Positions 1 through 9,827 are shown, counted from the first letter of the stretch. The stretch: DNA of 64,000 nucleotides from a bacterium (GCA_031385045.1 JANNBC010000015.1:34810-98809); one strand, 5' to 3'. Numbers and translations are program-made. The notes: generated by a model not told the origin, from the sequence alone.

Positions 1-318
1 TCATTACTAGATCCAAATTTATTTACTGAAAAAGCGATTAACAAATTATTTTTTGATGAGGAAGGACGCATTGCATCTTGGGATACAAGCGCCTGTCGCT
101 TAGAAGAGAAGGGTGAAATATTAAAATACTTGGCAAAATCTCAAGGGTTAACCTCAGATCAAGTAGCTTTCATAGGAAATGATTTTAATGATATTGGCGC
201 AGCAAATTTCGCTGGTCTCTCTTTCTCTTTTAGTAGCGTATCACCTGAACTTGATAGCCTTGTTAACTTTACGGATCGAACTGGTGACATGCGAAATATT
301 TTGAAATTTTTTATTTAA
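1..318 (+). CDS. HAD-superfamily hydrolase (phosphoserine phosphatase-like), 5'-truncated by the window edge
   Basis: Frame is open from base 1 (SLLDPNLFTEK...). It contains K-(x)n-VAFIGNDFND, resembling HAD motifs III/IV. Confidence 0.7.
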   Translation, partial: SLLDPNLFTEKAINKLFFDEEGRIASWDTSACRLEEKGEILKYLAKSQGLTSDQVAFIGNDFNDIGAANFAGLSFSFSSVSPELDSLVNFTDRTGDMRNILKFFI

Positions 319-504
319 GAATTTACCATAAAACTGTATCTAGCACTAAAAACAAAGTATGTACGAATACAACCACCTAGGCATCCTGCTCAAATGAGGC
401 AACACCTCGCCTTAATCTTTGTGCTAGTTATATCTAATACTTTTGACAGAATTTTTTATTCTCAAGGGTGCAGACTTTGTTGATTTCATCCCAACGCTTT
501 AAGT

Positions 505-678
505 GCAATCATTAACCTAACTACAGAAGTAGATAATTTATCTTACAAAATATTTGGCTCAACAGATCTACCGACTTGATCACCTTGTGCAACGTTTACA
601 GGAGATAGGCAAACTTTTTAGTATATCGAGCCAATTTACGAACGGGCATTCTTTAAGGCATATAGAATCAACCCATAA
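505..678 (+). pseudogene. Decayed copy of the C-terminal module of the 867..1946 protein
   Basis: Translates AIINLTTEVDNLSYKIFGSTDLPT*SPCATFTGDRQTF*YIEPIYERAFFKAYRINP*, colinear with AIVDLVTENDGQKYTILRSTDLKNWVPCSEHIGDGSKHTYTESISAQAYF. In-frame stops at 577 (TGA where Trp is expected) and 619. Confidence 0.75.
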
Positions 679-782
679 TTATAATCCCGAATTATCCTCT
701 GTAAAATCAAAGAGTTAGTCTGGCTACTTCTTAAGACTAAAAGAACCATTAGGTCAGTCTCAAAATGATAATTAATATTTTC

Positions 783-826
783 TAACATTGTTTTGATTGA
801 CTAGCATAACCAATAGGAAGAGAATC
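783..826 (+). promoter_or_regulatory. sigma70-like promoter with upstream TAACATTGTT motif (copy 1)
   Basis: TTGACT(797-802)-N17-GAGAAT(820-825). 36/44 identical to 2085-2128. Confidence 0.65.
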
Positions 827-866
827 AGCTTTTATTTAATTCTCTGGCTTAGTTCAGGGTGACAAT

Positions 867-1946
867 ATGCACAGTTATATAGGTACTTCATCAGATGCTT
901 CAAGTAATTTGGATGTGAAACCTGCCAATAACCATCTACCATCATTACCTCACAAAAATCCTAACTCATATCAGAGTTCAATTTCTAGAGTCTTTTCGAA
1001 CAATATTACATTAATGTTGGCAGCATTAGGTGTTAGTGTTGGGAGTATGACTGCTCAAGCGACTGAAACGGTAACAGCACCAACATGGGCATCAAAAACA
1101 ACACTTCAAGGGTGTGGGGCAATTCAATCAAATTCAAACTCAGGAGGTGCGACTCGTGCTGGATTCCAAAAAACTGTTACAAATGAGCTCAAAAATGCGT
1201 CGACTATTCAAATTTCGTGGGGAATTCAAGCACGGGATATTGGGTCAGGATTAAACGTATCAAATTGGAGACCCTATTTGGAAGTTCGTTCATTGAATGG
1301 GCAAAGTTCAACTGTTGTTGCAACGATTAGGCTTAATATAAATGATTTTGTTAATTTAGATGGAACTCCTATACAGAAAACTACCATAGGAACAACTACA
1401 ACTTTTGTCCCTTCTATGGACTATGGAACATCATCAAGTGGAAAAACTAATTATGTGTTCTCTTATGCAATTAAGGGAGAAGATTTAGCTAGATTTCAAA
1501 ATAGTCTTGTAATTGGACAAGAAATGGCATTTTTTCTAATCAATGAATCCAATTCAAATGAAGGAATTGCCTATACACTTGGTAGCCCAAGTGTATTAAA
1601 CAAAGGAGGAAATCAATTGGCTACTTTAAATTCGGTTAACCTAGATACCCTAGCACTACCAACTATGTACAATACAGGGCTTGCTTTTGAATTAAATGCT
1701 ATCACTCACCAAGCCATAGTTACTGCAAAAGAACCTAAACTATCTATTCATACAGAATCTGGGCAAGCCATTGTGGATTTAGTCACTGAAAACGATGGCC
1801 AAAAATACACTATTCTACGATCAACGGACCTAAAGAATTGGGTACCTTGTAGCGAGCATATTGGGGATGGCTCTAAACATACATATACTGAAAGTATATC
1901 TGCTCAAGCTTATTTTACTGTAAATAAGATCACAACAGCCCCCTAA
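867..1946 (+). CDS. Secreted protein, paralog of 2229..3143, with a C-terminal 'YxIxxSTDLxxW' module
   Basis: Extended N-terminus, then a signal-like segment ending TAQA. Core is nearly colinear with 2229..3143 (GAIQSNxNSGGATRAGF, WGxQARD, MAFFLINESN). Confidence 0.85.
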   Translation: MHSYIGTSSDASSNLDVKPANNHLPSLPHKNPNSYQSSISRVFSNNITLMLAALGVSVGSMTAQATETVTAPTWASKTTLQGCGAIQSNSNSGGATRAGFQKTVTNELKNASTIQISWGIQARDIGSGLNVSNWRPYLEVRSLNGQSSTVVATIRLNINDFVNLDGTPIQKTTIGTTTTFVPSMDYGTSSSGKTNYVFSYAIKGEDLARFQNSLVIGQEMAFFLINESNSNEGIAYTLGSPSVLNKGGNQLATLNSVNLDTLALPTMYNTGLAFELNAITHQAIVTAKEPKLSIHTESGQAIVDLVTENDGQKYTILRSTDLKNWVPCSEHIGDGSKHTYTESISAQAYFTVNKITTAP

Positions 1947-2084
1947 ATAGTCTAAGATGCTAATATCTTGAGACTTATTCATAAGTAAGTTAATTAACAA
2001 GCTTATCCTTTCAAGATAATCCATCAAAATAATCAAAAAAAACTTCAATTATATTGAACTAGTAAAAACAAAAATATGTTTATG

Positions 2085-2128
2085 TAACATTGTTATACTT
2101 GACTAGCATAATCAATTAACAGAGAATC
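2085..2128 (+). promoter_or_regulatory. sigma70-like promoter with palindromic TAACATTGTTA motif (copy 2)
   Basis: TTGACT(2099-2104)-N17-GAGAAT(2122-2127). Conserved with 783-826. Confidence 0.65.
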
Positions 2129-2228
2129 CCATTGCTTAGAAAAGTTTAAGTTATTCCTCTAACATTTGATGTTTAAAGATTTATCTATCTTTAGGAACTA
2201 TTAAAGACTTAAATTTATATATTAGACT

Positions 2229-3143
2229 ATGAATACCTCAATTGACTTACACACTAAATCAACAGCTCAAAATAATAACCTGCCAACTGCAATTAATAAT
2301 CTTTCAGGAGCTGAATTAACAGCACATCTGCCTGTTAAAAATTCAATAACACGAGCGGCTCTTGGACTTACTGCGATTGTGGGCTTTGCTTTCAGTACAA
2401 CAAATAATGTCGAGGCTGCAACCGTAATTATTCCAGACTGGGCCAATCAAACCGTATTACAAGGGGTAGGAGCGATTCAATCAAACATGAATTCGGGAGG
2501 TGCAACACGTGCCGGCTTTGAGAAAATTGTCACAACAGAATTCACAAATGCTTCATCTGTTCAAGTTACATGGGGAGTTCAGGCTAGAGATCTAGGGGCG
2601 GGTCTAAATGTTGCCGATTGGAATCCTTTGATTGAAGTTCGCTCTTTACAAAGTGGAAGCTCTACTGTTGTTGCAACAATACATCTTGATATTCATAATT
2701 TTGTTAACATGGATGGCACTCCTATCCAAATGGTTACAACTGGAGCATCAACAACATTTGCATCTCCTGTTAATTTTAATTATGGAACTTCCTCAACTGG
2801 AAGAACTAATTATGTATTTGCATATTCATTAACTGGTGATAGCTTGACTACATTTCAGAATAGCCTTTTAGTAGGTCAAAAAATGGCATTTTTTCTAATC
2901 AACGAATCAAACACTAACTCTGGAGCCGCATATACCCTAGGAAATGCAACAGTACTGAATAATGGTGGCAATCCTTTAGCAACTTTAAATTCAGTAAATT
3001 TAAATACAACATCATTACCTACAGAATTCAATAGTACTGGGATTGCCTTTGATCTAAAAGGAATACCAGAACCATCGATAGCATTTCTCACCACTGTTGC
3101 AATCTCACTTCTAGGACTTCGACGAAATAGAGAAAATAATTAA
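2229..3143 (+). CDS. PEP-CTERM sorting domain protein
   Basis: Signal-like segment ending VEA. C-terminus IPEPSIAFLTTVAISLLGLRRNREN shows PEP, a TM helix and an Arg cluster. Confidence 0.9.
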   Translation: MNTSIDLHTKSTAQNNNLPTAINNLSGAELTAHLPVKNSITRAALGLTAIVGFAFSTTNNVEAATVIIPDWANQTVLQGVGAIQSNMNSGGATRAGFEKIVTTEFTNASSVQVTWGVQARDLGAGLNVADWNPLIEVRSLQSGSSTVVATIHLDIHNFVNMDGTPIQMVTTGASTTFASPVNFNYGTSSTGRTNYVFAYSLTGDSLTTFQNSLLVGQKMAFFLINESNTNSGAAYTLGNATVLNNGGNPLATLNSVNLNTTSLPTEFNSTGIAFDLKGIPEPSIAFLTTVAISLLGLRRNRENN

Positions 3144-3148
3144 TTACA

Positions 3149-3430
3149 ATGTCACAAAAAGGGGCTGTAATTGAATATGCTGTTTTAGTACTATTAATTG
3201 TTGCCGTTACTCTTTCCCTGACTGGATTAGGGAAAGGAATGAGAGAGCTTTTCTGTGATATCTCATATGGGTTCAATGACAAGAAGTTTAATACAGGTAA
3301 TCACGTATGGTCTGAATCTCTTAATTGTTGCATACCAACTGCTTTCCTTGATTTTTGTGATCAAGATCTAGCCGAGCTACTCGGCGAAGATTGTCCTGCG
3401 ATAGAACTACCCGAGACATGCTCAAACTAG
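3149..3430 (+). CDS. Flp/Tad-type pilin-like protein
   Basis: MSQKGAVIEYAVLVLLIVAV resembles the Flp prepilin G-(x)n-EY motif followed by a hydrophobic helix. Cys-rich tail. Confidence 0.6.
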   Translation: MSQKGAVIEYAVLVLLIVAVTLSLTGLGKGMRELFCDISYGFNDKKFNTGNHVWSESLNCCIPTAFLDFCDQDLAELLGEDCPAIELPETCSN

Positions 3431-4437
3431 TTATCAATATAATATTAAGCTTCTTAGTAACAAGTAACTCTTGCTTAGCAGACTCTATAGTACAATTTAC
3501 AACTAACATAAATTTACAGTCTCTAACCTTCGAAGATCAAATCACCACAAAATTTGATTCTGATAATAAATTCTCAGGCACATCAAGAACTATTACATTA
3601 CCATCGAAAGAAGATAGCGACCCGCAGATCCTTTCGGCATTTAGAAATGGGCAACCGATTAACTACACAAGCCAAAGATTTAATGGTGGGTTCTTTACTA
3701 TTGCGTTAAGGGGCGATGGGTCCCTGCTTCCAAGTGGGGAATATGAGTTCAAGGTTAAGTATAAAATTGGTGCGCCGCTTAGAGTTGAAAATAAACTAGC
3801 GATTTTAGAATGGAGTGTTAATTCCAAACTTTGGAAATTGCCAATTCAAAATATTAGTGGGAAGGTCGATCTCCCGAATGGTATCAGTAGCAAGCATATC
3901 AAACACTATGCTTATACATTAAAAGATGGGAAAAAAGATCTGACAACGGGACAGAGCGCTCTTGAAATAGCAAAAAATCAAATTACTATTAACTATAATT
4001 GTTTGAAATCATTGGAGCCAAAAGAAGAATTTTATATTTATGTAGAATATCCAGACACCAAGATATTAAATCCAGTGATCACCGCAGATTCAGCAGAGAC
4101 GATTGTAGTGAATGGTAAATCTGTTAAAATCGGCAAAAGTATTTCTGCTGAAAACCAAGCAATTCCTGAAAATAAAAATACAGAAACACCGACTAGCTCC
4201 ACAATTAAAGTCGATGGAAAAGAAATCAAGGTTGGAAAGTCAATTACTCTTGATAATGAACAGAAGGTGGCGCCAGAGCAGACTCCATCAAAAACAGTTA
4301 AGATTGATGGTCGAGAATTACGGATTGGGAATATTGTTAATCTAGAGGAGTCTCAAAAGACTACGACTTCATCAGGAACTGTCACCCCTTCTGGTAAAAA
4401 AGTAGAGGTGGGTAAAAGCATTAGACTTGAAGAGTAG
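3418..4437 (+). CDS. Secreted protein with a DUF2207-like N-terminal domain and C-terminal GK-x-I/V-G-K-S-I repeats
   Basis: Probable ATG at 3418 followed by a signal peptide. LEWSVNSKLWKLPIQNISGKVDLP resembles DUF2207. Four C-terminal repeats. Confidence 0.6.
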   Translation: MLKLVINIILSFLVTSNSCLADSIVQFTTNINLQSLTFEDQITTKFDSDNKFSGTSRTITLPSKEDSDPQILSAFRNGQPINYTSQRFNGGFFTIALRGDGSLLPSGEYEFKVKYKIGAPLRVENKLAILEWSVNSKLWKLPIQNISGKVDLPNGISSKHIKHYAYTLKDGKKDLTTGQSALEIAKNQITINYNCLKSLEPKEEFYIYVEYPDTKILNPVITADSAETIVVNGKSVKIGKSISAENQAIPENKNTETPTSSTIKVDGKEIKVGKSITLDNEQKVAPEQTPSKTVKIDGRELRIGNIVNLEESQKTTTSSGTVTPSGKKVEVGKSIRLEE

Positions 4438-4465
4438 GCTGCTCGAATCTCTGTAATAAAAGACC

Positions 4466-4762
4466 TTAACTAGCCACTCGCTTAACTGAGAGCTCTAGTA
4501 GCTCATGCATGATAGTCTGATAGGGGCGATTTTGCTTCTTTGCTAGTTTTCTTAACTTCATTAATAACTTTGGATTGATACGAAAGGCAATCATTTGCTT
4601 CGCATTGTCACTTTGCGGACGCCCTACTCTGCGAGCCATTTTTAGTTCGCGGTTTGTTAATTCAGGGATATCAGAAAAATCAATTTTCTTTTTCTTGGTA
4701 GAAATTTCTTTCTTTTCTTGATGCTTGCCTTGCGCTAATGATTCTAATTCTTTCTTGGCCAT
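4466..4762 (-). CDS. brnA: BrnA-family antitoxin (type II TA)
   Basis: IDFSDIPELT...VGRP...KQMIAFRINP...PYQT motif series. Lies downstream of and overlaps a brnT-like frame. Confidence 0.85.
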   Translation of the reverse strand: MAKKELESLAQGKHQEKKEISTKKKKIDFSDIPELTNRELKMARRVGRPQSDNAKQMIAFRINPKLLMKLRKLAKKQNRPYQTIMHELLELSVKRVAS

Positions 4763-4969
4763 TTGTCGTTATTCGATATGTAAAAACTACTATTAAAATC
4801 CTTTTCTTAATGGACATAGCTAAACGCTTAAAGCGTTTTTCAAAAAAGAATGAGCTAAGTCTTCAAGGTGCAGTCCTTCGGAATCTAAAAAAATAGAAGC
4901 TGCTTCTTCAAACGTCATGCCATGTTTTTGATAGTTAGATTTAGCCTTGCTATCATCCCAAATAAACAT
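4680..4969 (-). pseudogene. brnT: BrnT-family toxin, frameshifted (1 nt short at a T6 run)
   Basis: MFIWDDSKAKSNYQKHGMTFEEAASIFLD...HSF, then in the -1 frame EKRFKRLAMS...IVVFTYR...RIRIISARQASRKERNFY. Length is 290 nt, not a multiple of 3. Confidence 0.85.
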
Positions 4970-5146
4970 AATTAATGTATATACAATAAATATAAGATCT
5001 TTCTTAAAATAACTCCATTTTAAAGTTAAACTTTAGAATAGGTATTCATTATTCAATCGGAGATACGATAAAAAATTCACTAGGCTTGATGGATTCTTTA
5101 ATAAATTTAACTTGAAAATGAAATTATCTAGGGTTAGATTTGTTTT

Positions 5147-5452
5147 ATGAACTTAAATTTGAATGAAATAATTGAACATTTTAGGACAGTATTAGAAATA
5201 AAAACGGGGTCTTACTATGATTCTTTTAATGATGAAATTATTCGTATGCTTGATCTCGAAGAACAAGATCATAGTTATCTTAAAAACTTCTTCCTAACTT
5301 TTGCGGACAGAAAGGAAATTGAAAATTGGACTAACCTTGTTAAGCATAAATTAGTTATGCACGAGGATGAAGAAGGAGTAGACGATCTAATCTTTGAATA
5401 TATCGAATACCAAACGAGGAAAGAGCTAACTTATGACTCTCTAAAAGTATAG
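5147..5452 (+). CDS. Small acidic hypothetical protein
   Basis: 101-aa ORF with protein-like composition. No motif recognised. Confidence 0.65.
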   Translation: MNLNLNEIIEHFRTVLEIKTGSYYDSFNDEIIRMLDLEEQDHSYLKNFFLTFADRKEIENWTNLVKHKLVMHEDEEGVDDLIFEYIEYQTRKELTYDSLKV

Positions 5453-5455
5453 CAT

Positions 5456-8400
5456 CTAACCAATAGCAAGCTTTGCTGTTTCCTTCCAAAGATAACTTGG
5501 TATCGGTTTCTCAAGTTGCCAGTAGATACTCATTGGTTTTGAACCTTCATGTTTCACATAATTTACCTTACCAAGAAATACAAAAGACATGGTCTTTTTA
5601 TATTCATCGTTGTTCTTCTCACGGACAAATAATAAAATTGATTTCTTGTTTGTTTTTTGTTCTATGTAACTAAGCCCAACTCCTCGATCTTCCCTGGAGG
5701 CATTTTGCGACTGCCAATGAAAAATATGATCGCTTACTGCATAATCTTGATACATTGTTGTGGGTGAATATAAATCTTCATTTTTCTCTAATGTCGTAAA
5801 AAGAATTTCTGTATTTTTAGAATTAATATTAAGTACTCCTTCTCGGGAAGAAGACTTCTTAGCAAAATTACTTTCACCAAAGGCAGCTAAGATTTGTTCT
5901 CTAGTATATCTACTGTGAACCATAAGCGGTTGTTGATATGGCAAATCAATCACTTCTTCCTTGTGCGCAATGCGATCAATTAAAATCTCTAATAACTCTA
6001 CAATCTCACCAACCAATTCGGAACTCTCGCTAATCTTTCTTATCGCAAGGTTTAAATTTCCATGTGCCTCTTTTACACTCCAAAGATCATAATAAAGCAT
6101 ATTGAGCATCAATCGTTCTGACTCTGTATATGTTTCTCTTAGATTAAAATTATCTTTTGCTAGTTGTAGGATAAAATTTAAATAAGAGTAGGAGTTACAA
6201 TTAAGCCATTTTCTATAAATGGCATTTCTAATCTCTTTCTCGTTATTACAAGAGAATTCCTTTTTTTCTGATGCTAACTGACAGAGGCGCGACCAAGTTT
6301 CATATTTATAGATAAATTCTAAGGGGATATTAGTAAAATTAATAAAATTTTTGAGATTGAGAGGTAATGATGCCTGAAATTGAAAGTTTTTAATTTTACT
6401 AATTAAAGTATTCTTGCGTAGATTTACAGCATTTTTAATATTAGCTAAAATTACTTCTTTAGCTTTCCTCTCTAAAATAATAGAACAGCCGAGTGGTAGA
6501 TGAGGAAAATCTTTTTCAATTTCATCACGAGTAGAATTAGTTGTCTTGCCAATTAAGGCTCGAAACTTATTGTTAAAATCATATTCAGATCTAGCATTTC
6601 CAACAAAATCTAGAACCGTTAGGCAATCTTTGCCGGCAACTTTTCGCAAGCCTCGTCCTAATTGTTGCAGGAACACTGTTAAGCTTTCTGTTGGTCTTAA
6701 AAATAAGATCGTATCAATTTCTGGAATATCAACACCTTCATTAAAGATATCTACTACGAATAAATAGTTAATTTCTTTCTTGAAAAGCCTTTGTTTAATG
6801 GTTTCCCGTTTACCTTCTTGGTCATTACCACTAACTAGATAATCAGCTTTAAAACCTCTTAGGGTAAACTTTTCCGCCATAAACTCGGCGTGATCTCTTG
6901 ATACACAGAAACATAGTGCCCTCACCTCTCTGAGATCCGTTAGATAATGTTGACAACGCTCAATGATCTCGCCAACTCTTAGATCGTTTCCAGTATAAAT
7001 TCGTGTCAATTCACTAGGATCGTATTTTCCTTTTGACCAAGCAACGTTAGATAAATCTATAGAATCTGAAATACCAAAATACTGGAATGGGCAGAGCAAC
7101 TCTCGATTTAAGGCTTCTGGTAATCTAATTTCTGCTGCTATTGTATTACAAAAATCATCTAAAATATTAGCATTGTCCATTCTTTCTGGCGTTGCAGTTA
7201 AGCCAAGAAGAACCTTAGGATGGAACTTACTTAAAACGGGTCGATAACTACTAGCTGAGATATGATGTACTTCATCAATAATAATATAATCGTAATAATC
7301 GCTACTGAGCGCTAGTGAATCAATTTGATTTTTTAGTGTAAGTATTGATGCAAAAACTGACTTGTAATTTGTAGGAATTTGGCCATCTGCCCAAAGCTCT
7401 CCAAAATTGTTATCTCTTAGAATTCCTCGGAATGTCCCGATAGCCTGCTCTAAGATTTCTTTGCGATGTGCAATAAATAAAAATTTGGCATTGGGATTAT
7501 CTTTAAGAAAATTTTTAAAATCAAATGCTGAGATTACAGTTTTGCCCGTACCAGTTGCTGCAACTATTAGATTTCTAGATCTATTATGTAAAGTTCGTTC
7601 AACTAAAAGTTTTTCTAGAATTTCCTTTTGAAATGGGTATGGCTCCAAATCAAAATAAGTTGCCGGGAGGCTATTCGCTATCCAATTTTCTTTTTTTAAG
7701 GCACTTTGAAGTTTTTCATTGCTAATACCTAAATGATAATCTTCAAATTCTGGATCATTCCAATAGGTATGAAAAACTTTATCAAATTTTTCAATTATGT
7801 GAGGTATTTCTTGAGTTGTAACTTTAATATTCCATTCGAGTCCTTTTGTTAATGCACTCTTCGAAAAATTTGAAGAACCGATATAGGCAGTGTGAAACTT
7901 GGTGTTACGATAAAAAAGGCTTGCCTTAGCATGTAGTCTTTCGCTTCTAGTATTGTAGGAGACCTTGATTTGGGTATTTTTTAATTTAGCTAAAAATTCA
8001 ATTGCTTTATAATCAGTGGCGCCCATGTAAGTAGTTGTGATTACATGTAGCTGACCACCTCTATCGGTAAATTCTTTCAGCTCTTTCTCTATTAATCGAA
8101 AACCTTCCCACTTAATAAAGGAAATTAAAAAATAAATCTTATCGGCAGAAAGGATCTCTTTTCTTAACTCAGTATCAAGGGAGATACTAGCATTGCCTCC
8201 TGTAAATAATTCACTCTGCGCCAATCCTGCTTGGGGTCGAACTTCTTTTAGGTGAGCCTCAAGATCACTAAAACCACAATCAATTTTAGAGATAATAGCT
8301 GTGAGAATTTGCTCATTCTTTTCATTTAAATCAATTAATTCACTATCAAAATCTGCGTTATCTAATTCTTGTCTTAGGAGGTGAATTATTTTATTAGAAA

Positions 8401-8614
8401 GTGCAATTTGCTGGTCAATACTATCTTCGTTAGTAATTAGCCCAAAGGCATAATGTAGAAGTCTAGATAAATATTGACTGAGAATTCTAGCAGCCTCATG
8501 TTTTTCAATTTTAATTCTTTGAACGTAGAACTTATTTGGATCAAGTCTTGCAAGTTTATTCTCGACAAGCTTGTTAATTAATTTTTCGTAAAGTCCCAGT
8601 TCCATGGCATTCAA
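5456..8614 (-). CDS. PLD(HKD) nuclease-SF2 helicase-DUF3427 protein (SauUSI-like type IV restriction enzyme)
   Basis: RLHAK...IGSSNFS...LEWN (PLD), ATGTGKT, DEVHH, GLTATPER, QQLGRGLR (SF2 helicase), and a DUF3427-like C-terminus YQDYAV...FHWQSQN. Confidence 0.88.
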   Translation of the reverse strand: MNAMELGLYEKLINKLVENKLARLDPNKFYVQRIKIEKHEAARILSQYLSRLLHYAFGLITNEDSIDQQIALSNKIIHLLRQELDNADFDSELIDLNEKNEQILTAIISKIDCGFSDLEAHLKEVRPQAGLAQSELFTGGNASISLDTELRKEILSADKIYFLISFIKWEGFRLIEKELKEFTDRGGQLHVITTTYMGATDYKAIEFLAKLKNTQIKVSYNTRSERLHAKASLFYRNTKFHTAYIGSSNFSKSALTKGLEWNIKVTTQEIPHIIEKFDKVFHTYWNDPEFEDYHLGISNEKLQSALKKENWIANSLPATYFDLEPYPFQKEILEKLLVERTLHNRSRNLIVAATGTGKTVISAFDFKNFLKDNPNAKFLFIAHRKEILEQAIGTFRGILRDNNFGELWADGQIPTNYKSVFASILTLKNQIDSLALSSDYYDYIIIDEVHHISASSYRPVLSKFHPKVLLGLTATPERMDNANILDDFCNTIAAEIRLPEALNRELLCPFQYFGISDSIDLSNVAWSKGKYDPSELTRIYTGNDLRVGEIIERCQHYLTDLREVRALCFCVSRDHAEFMAEKFTLRGFKADYLVSGNDQEGKRETIKQRLFKKEINYLFVVDIFNEGVDIPEIDTILFLRPTESLTVFLQQLGRGLRKVAGKDCLTVLDFVGNARSEYDFNNKFRALIGKTTNSTRDEIEKDFPHLPLGCSIILERKAKEVILANIKNAVNLRKNTLISKIKNFQFQASLPLNLKNFINFTNIPLEFIYKYETWSRLCQLASEKKEFSCNNEKEIRNAIYRKWLNCNSYSYLNFILQLAKDNFNLRETYTESERLMLNMLYYDLWSVKEAHGNLNLAIRKISESSELVGEIVELLEILIDRIAHKEEVIDLPYQQPLMVHSRYTREQILAAFGESNFAKKSSSREGVLNINSKNTEILFTTLEKNEDLYSPTTMYQDYAVSDHIFHWQSQNASREDRGVGLSYIEQKTNKKSILLFVREKNNDEYKKTMSFVFLGKVNYVKHEGSKPMSIYWQLEKPIPSYLWKETAKLAIG

Positions 8615-8702
8615 AGTAGCAACTTTAAGAATTGATGGCCAGGGATAATGAGGTTGATTTCACTAAATAAGAGACATCAGCTCAGGCATACCCCAAGACA
8701 TG

Positions 8703-9818
8703 CTAAACAAATTTCTTAAGAAATTCCAAAGCAGAAATTACAATAATCCCATCTTTAGTAACATAATGTTTGTCGGTATCAAAAACTACTTGATAACAAT
8801 CGACTTCAGGAAATTTGGATTTTAAATATTTTAAATTTTTATCGATATCTGTACTTTGATACTTAGCTTCAATAAACATTGAAGGAATATCTTTTTTAGT
8901 TATTACAAAATCCACCTCTCTCGCTTGGGAATCGCGAAAATATCTTAGCTCATACTCCTCACCTTCGGTATCTGTTCGAAAATGGCACCACTTGAGTAAG
9001 TGTGACGCAATCATGTTTTCGAATCTAGGCCCATCTTTTTCAATTAAGGACCAATCATAGTGATAATGTTTCTGTTCTTTTTTAACAGATTTGATCTTAG
9101 CAGAACCAAATGGACTTAAGCGGAAGATTGCATACATCCTTTCCATGATAATCAACCAACGCTGAATTACTTTGAAAGATATTTCCAAATCTCTTGTAAT
9201 GGAATTGATTGATAGCGGGCTACCAACTAAATCTGGAAGGCGAAGAGCCATTAGTTCAAGCTTTGCTAGGTCGTGAATACTTTCCAAGCTGTTGATATCT
9301 TCATTGATCAATCGGTGGCGATATTCCAATGACCAACGTTTGGCATCCTTTGCCGAACCTGAAAAAAATGGTTCCGGAAAACCTCCTAAAAAAAGTAAGT
9401 CTTTCAAATCTTTTTGAGTTTGGATTTGCAACTCACTAAGTGAGAGTGGATGCAGCCGGTAATAATGATACCTGCCCTGCAAAGAGTCACCACCGTAGCG
9501 ATAGTAATCAAGCTTGGCGCTACCAGTCACAATAACCTTTTTAGAATTTTTATTTAGATCGTAAAAACCTTTAATAAAACTTCGCCATCCTTTGAATTTA
9601 TGCAGTTCATCAAAAATGACATTTGGGAAATTTGGAATTTCATTATTTAGAATCAGATCTTTGTGCTCAATAATATCCCAATTAAGATAAGTTCGTTCTG
9701 TTGGAAAAACATTTAAAGACATTGTTGTTTTCCCAACTTGGCGTGGCCCACCAACAAAAACCATTTTCTTGTTTAAATCCTCTTTAATGTATGATTCTAA
9801 GTATCTGTTTTGATTCAT
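8703..9818 (-). CDS. AAA_14 ATPase-DUF4143 protein (copy 1)
   Basis: GPRQVGKTT, FDELH, VTGS, SLQGR, GGFPE, and a C-terminal EVDFV...IEAK PD-(D/E)xK-like motif. Confidence 0.92.
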   Translation of the reverse strand: MNQNRYLESYIKEDLNKKMVFVGGPRQVGKTTMSLNVFPTERTYLNWDIIEHKDLILNNEIPNFPNVIFDELHKFKGWRSFIKGFYDLNKNSKKVIVTGSAKLDYYRYGGDSLQGRYHYYRLHPLSLSELQIQTQKDLKDLLFLGGFPEPFFSGSAKDAKRWSLEYRHRLINEDINSLESIHDLAKLELMALRLPDLVGSPLSINSITRDLEISFKVIQRWLIIMERMYAIFRLSPFGSAKIKSVKKEQKHYHYDWSLIEKDGPRFENMIASHLLKWCHFRTDTEGEEYELRYFRDSQAREVDFVITKKDIPSMFIEAKYQSTDIDKNLKYLKSKFPEVDCYQVVFDTDKHYVTKDGIIVISALEFLKKFV

Positions 9819-9827
9819 ATTATAAGC

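Noticed and set aside
577..621. TGA at a Trp position as evidence for genetic code 4 or 25
   Set aside because: A TAG also interrupts the same frame, and intact genes here end in TGA (argB, AAA copy 3) and use TGG for Trp.
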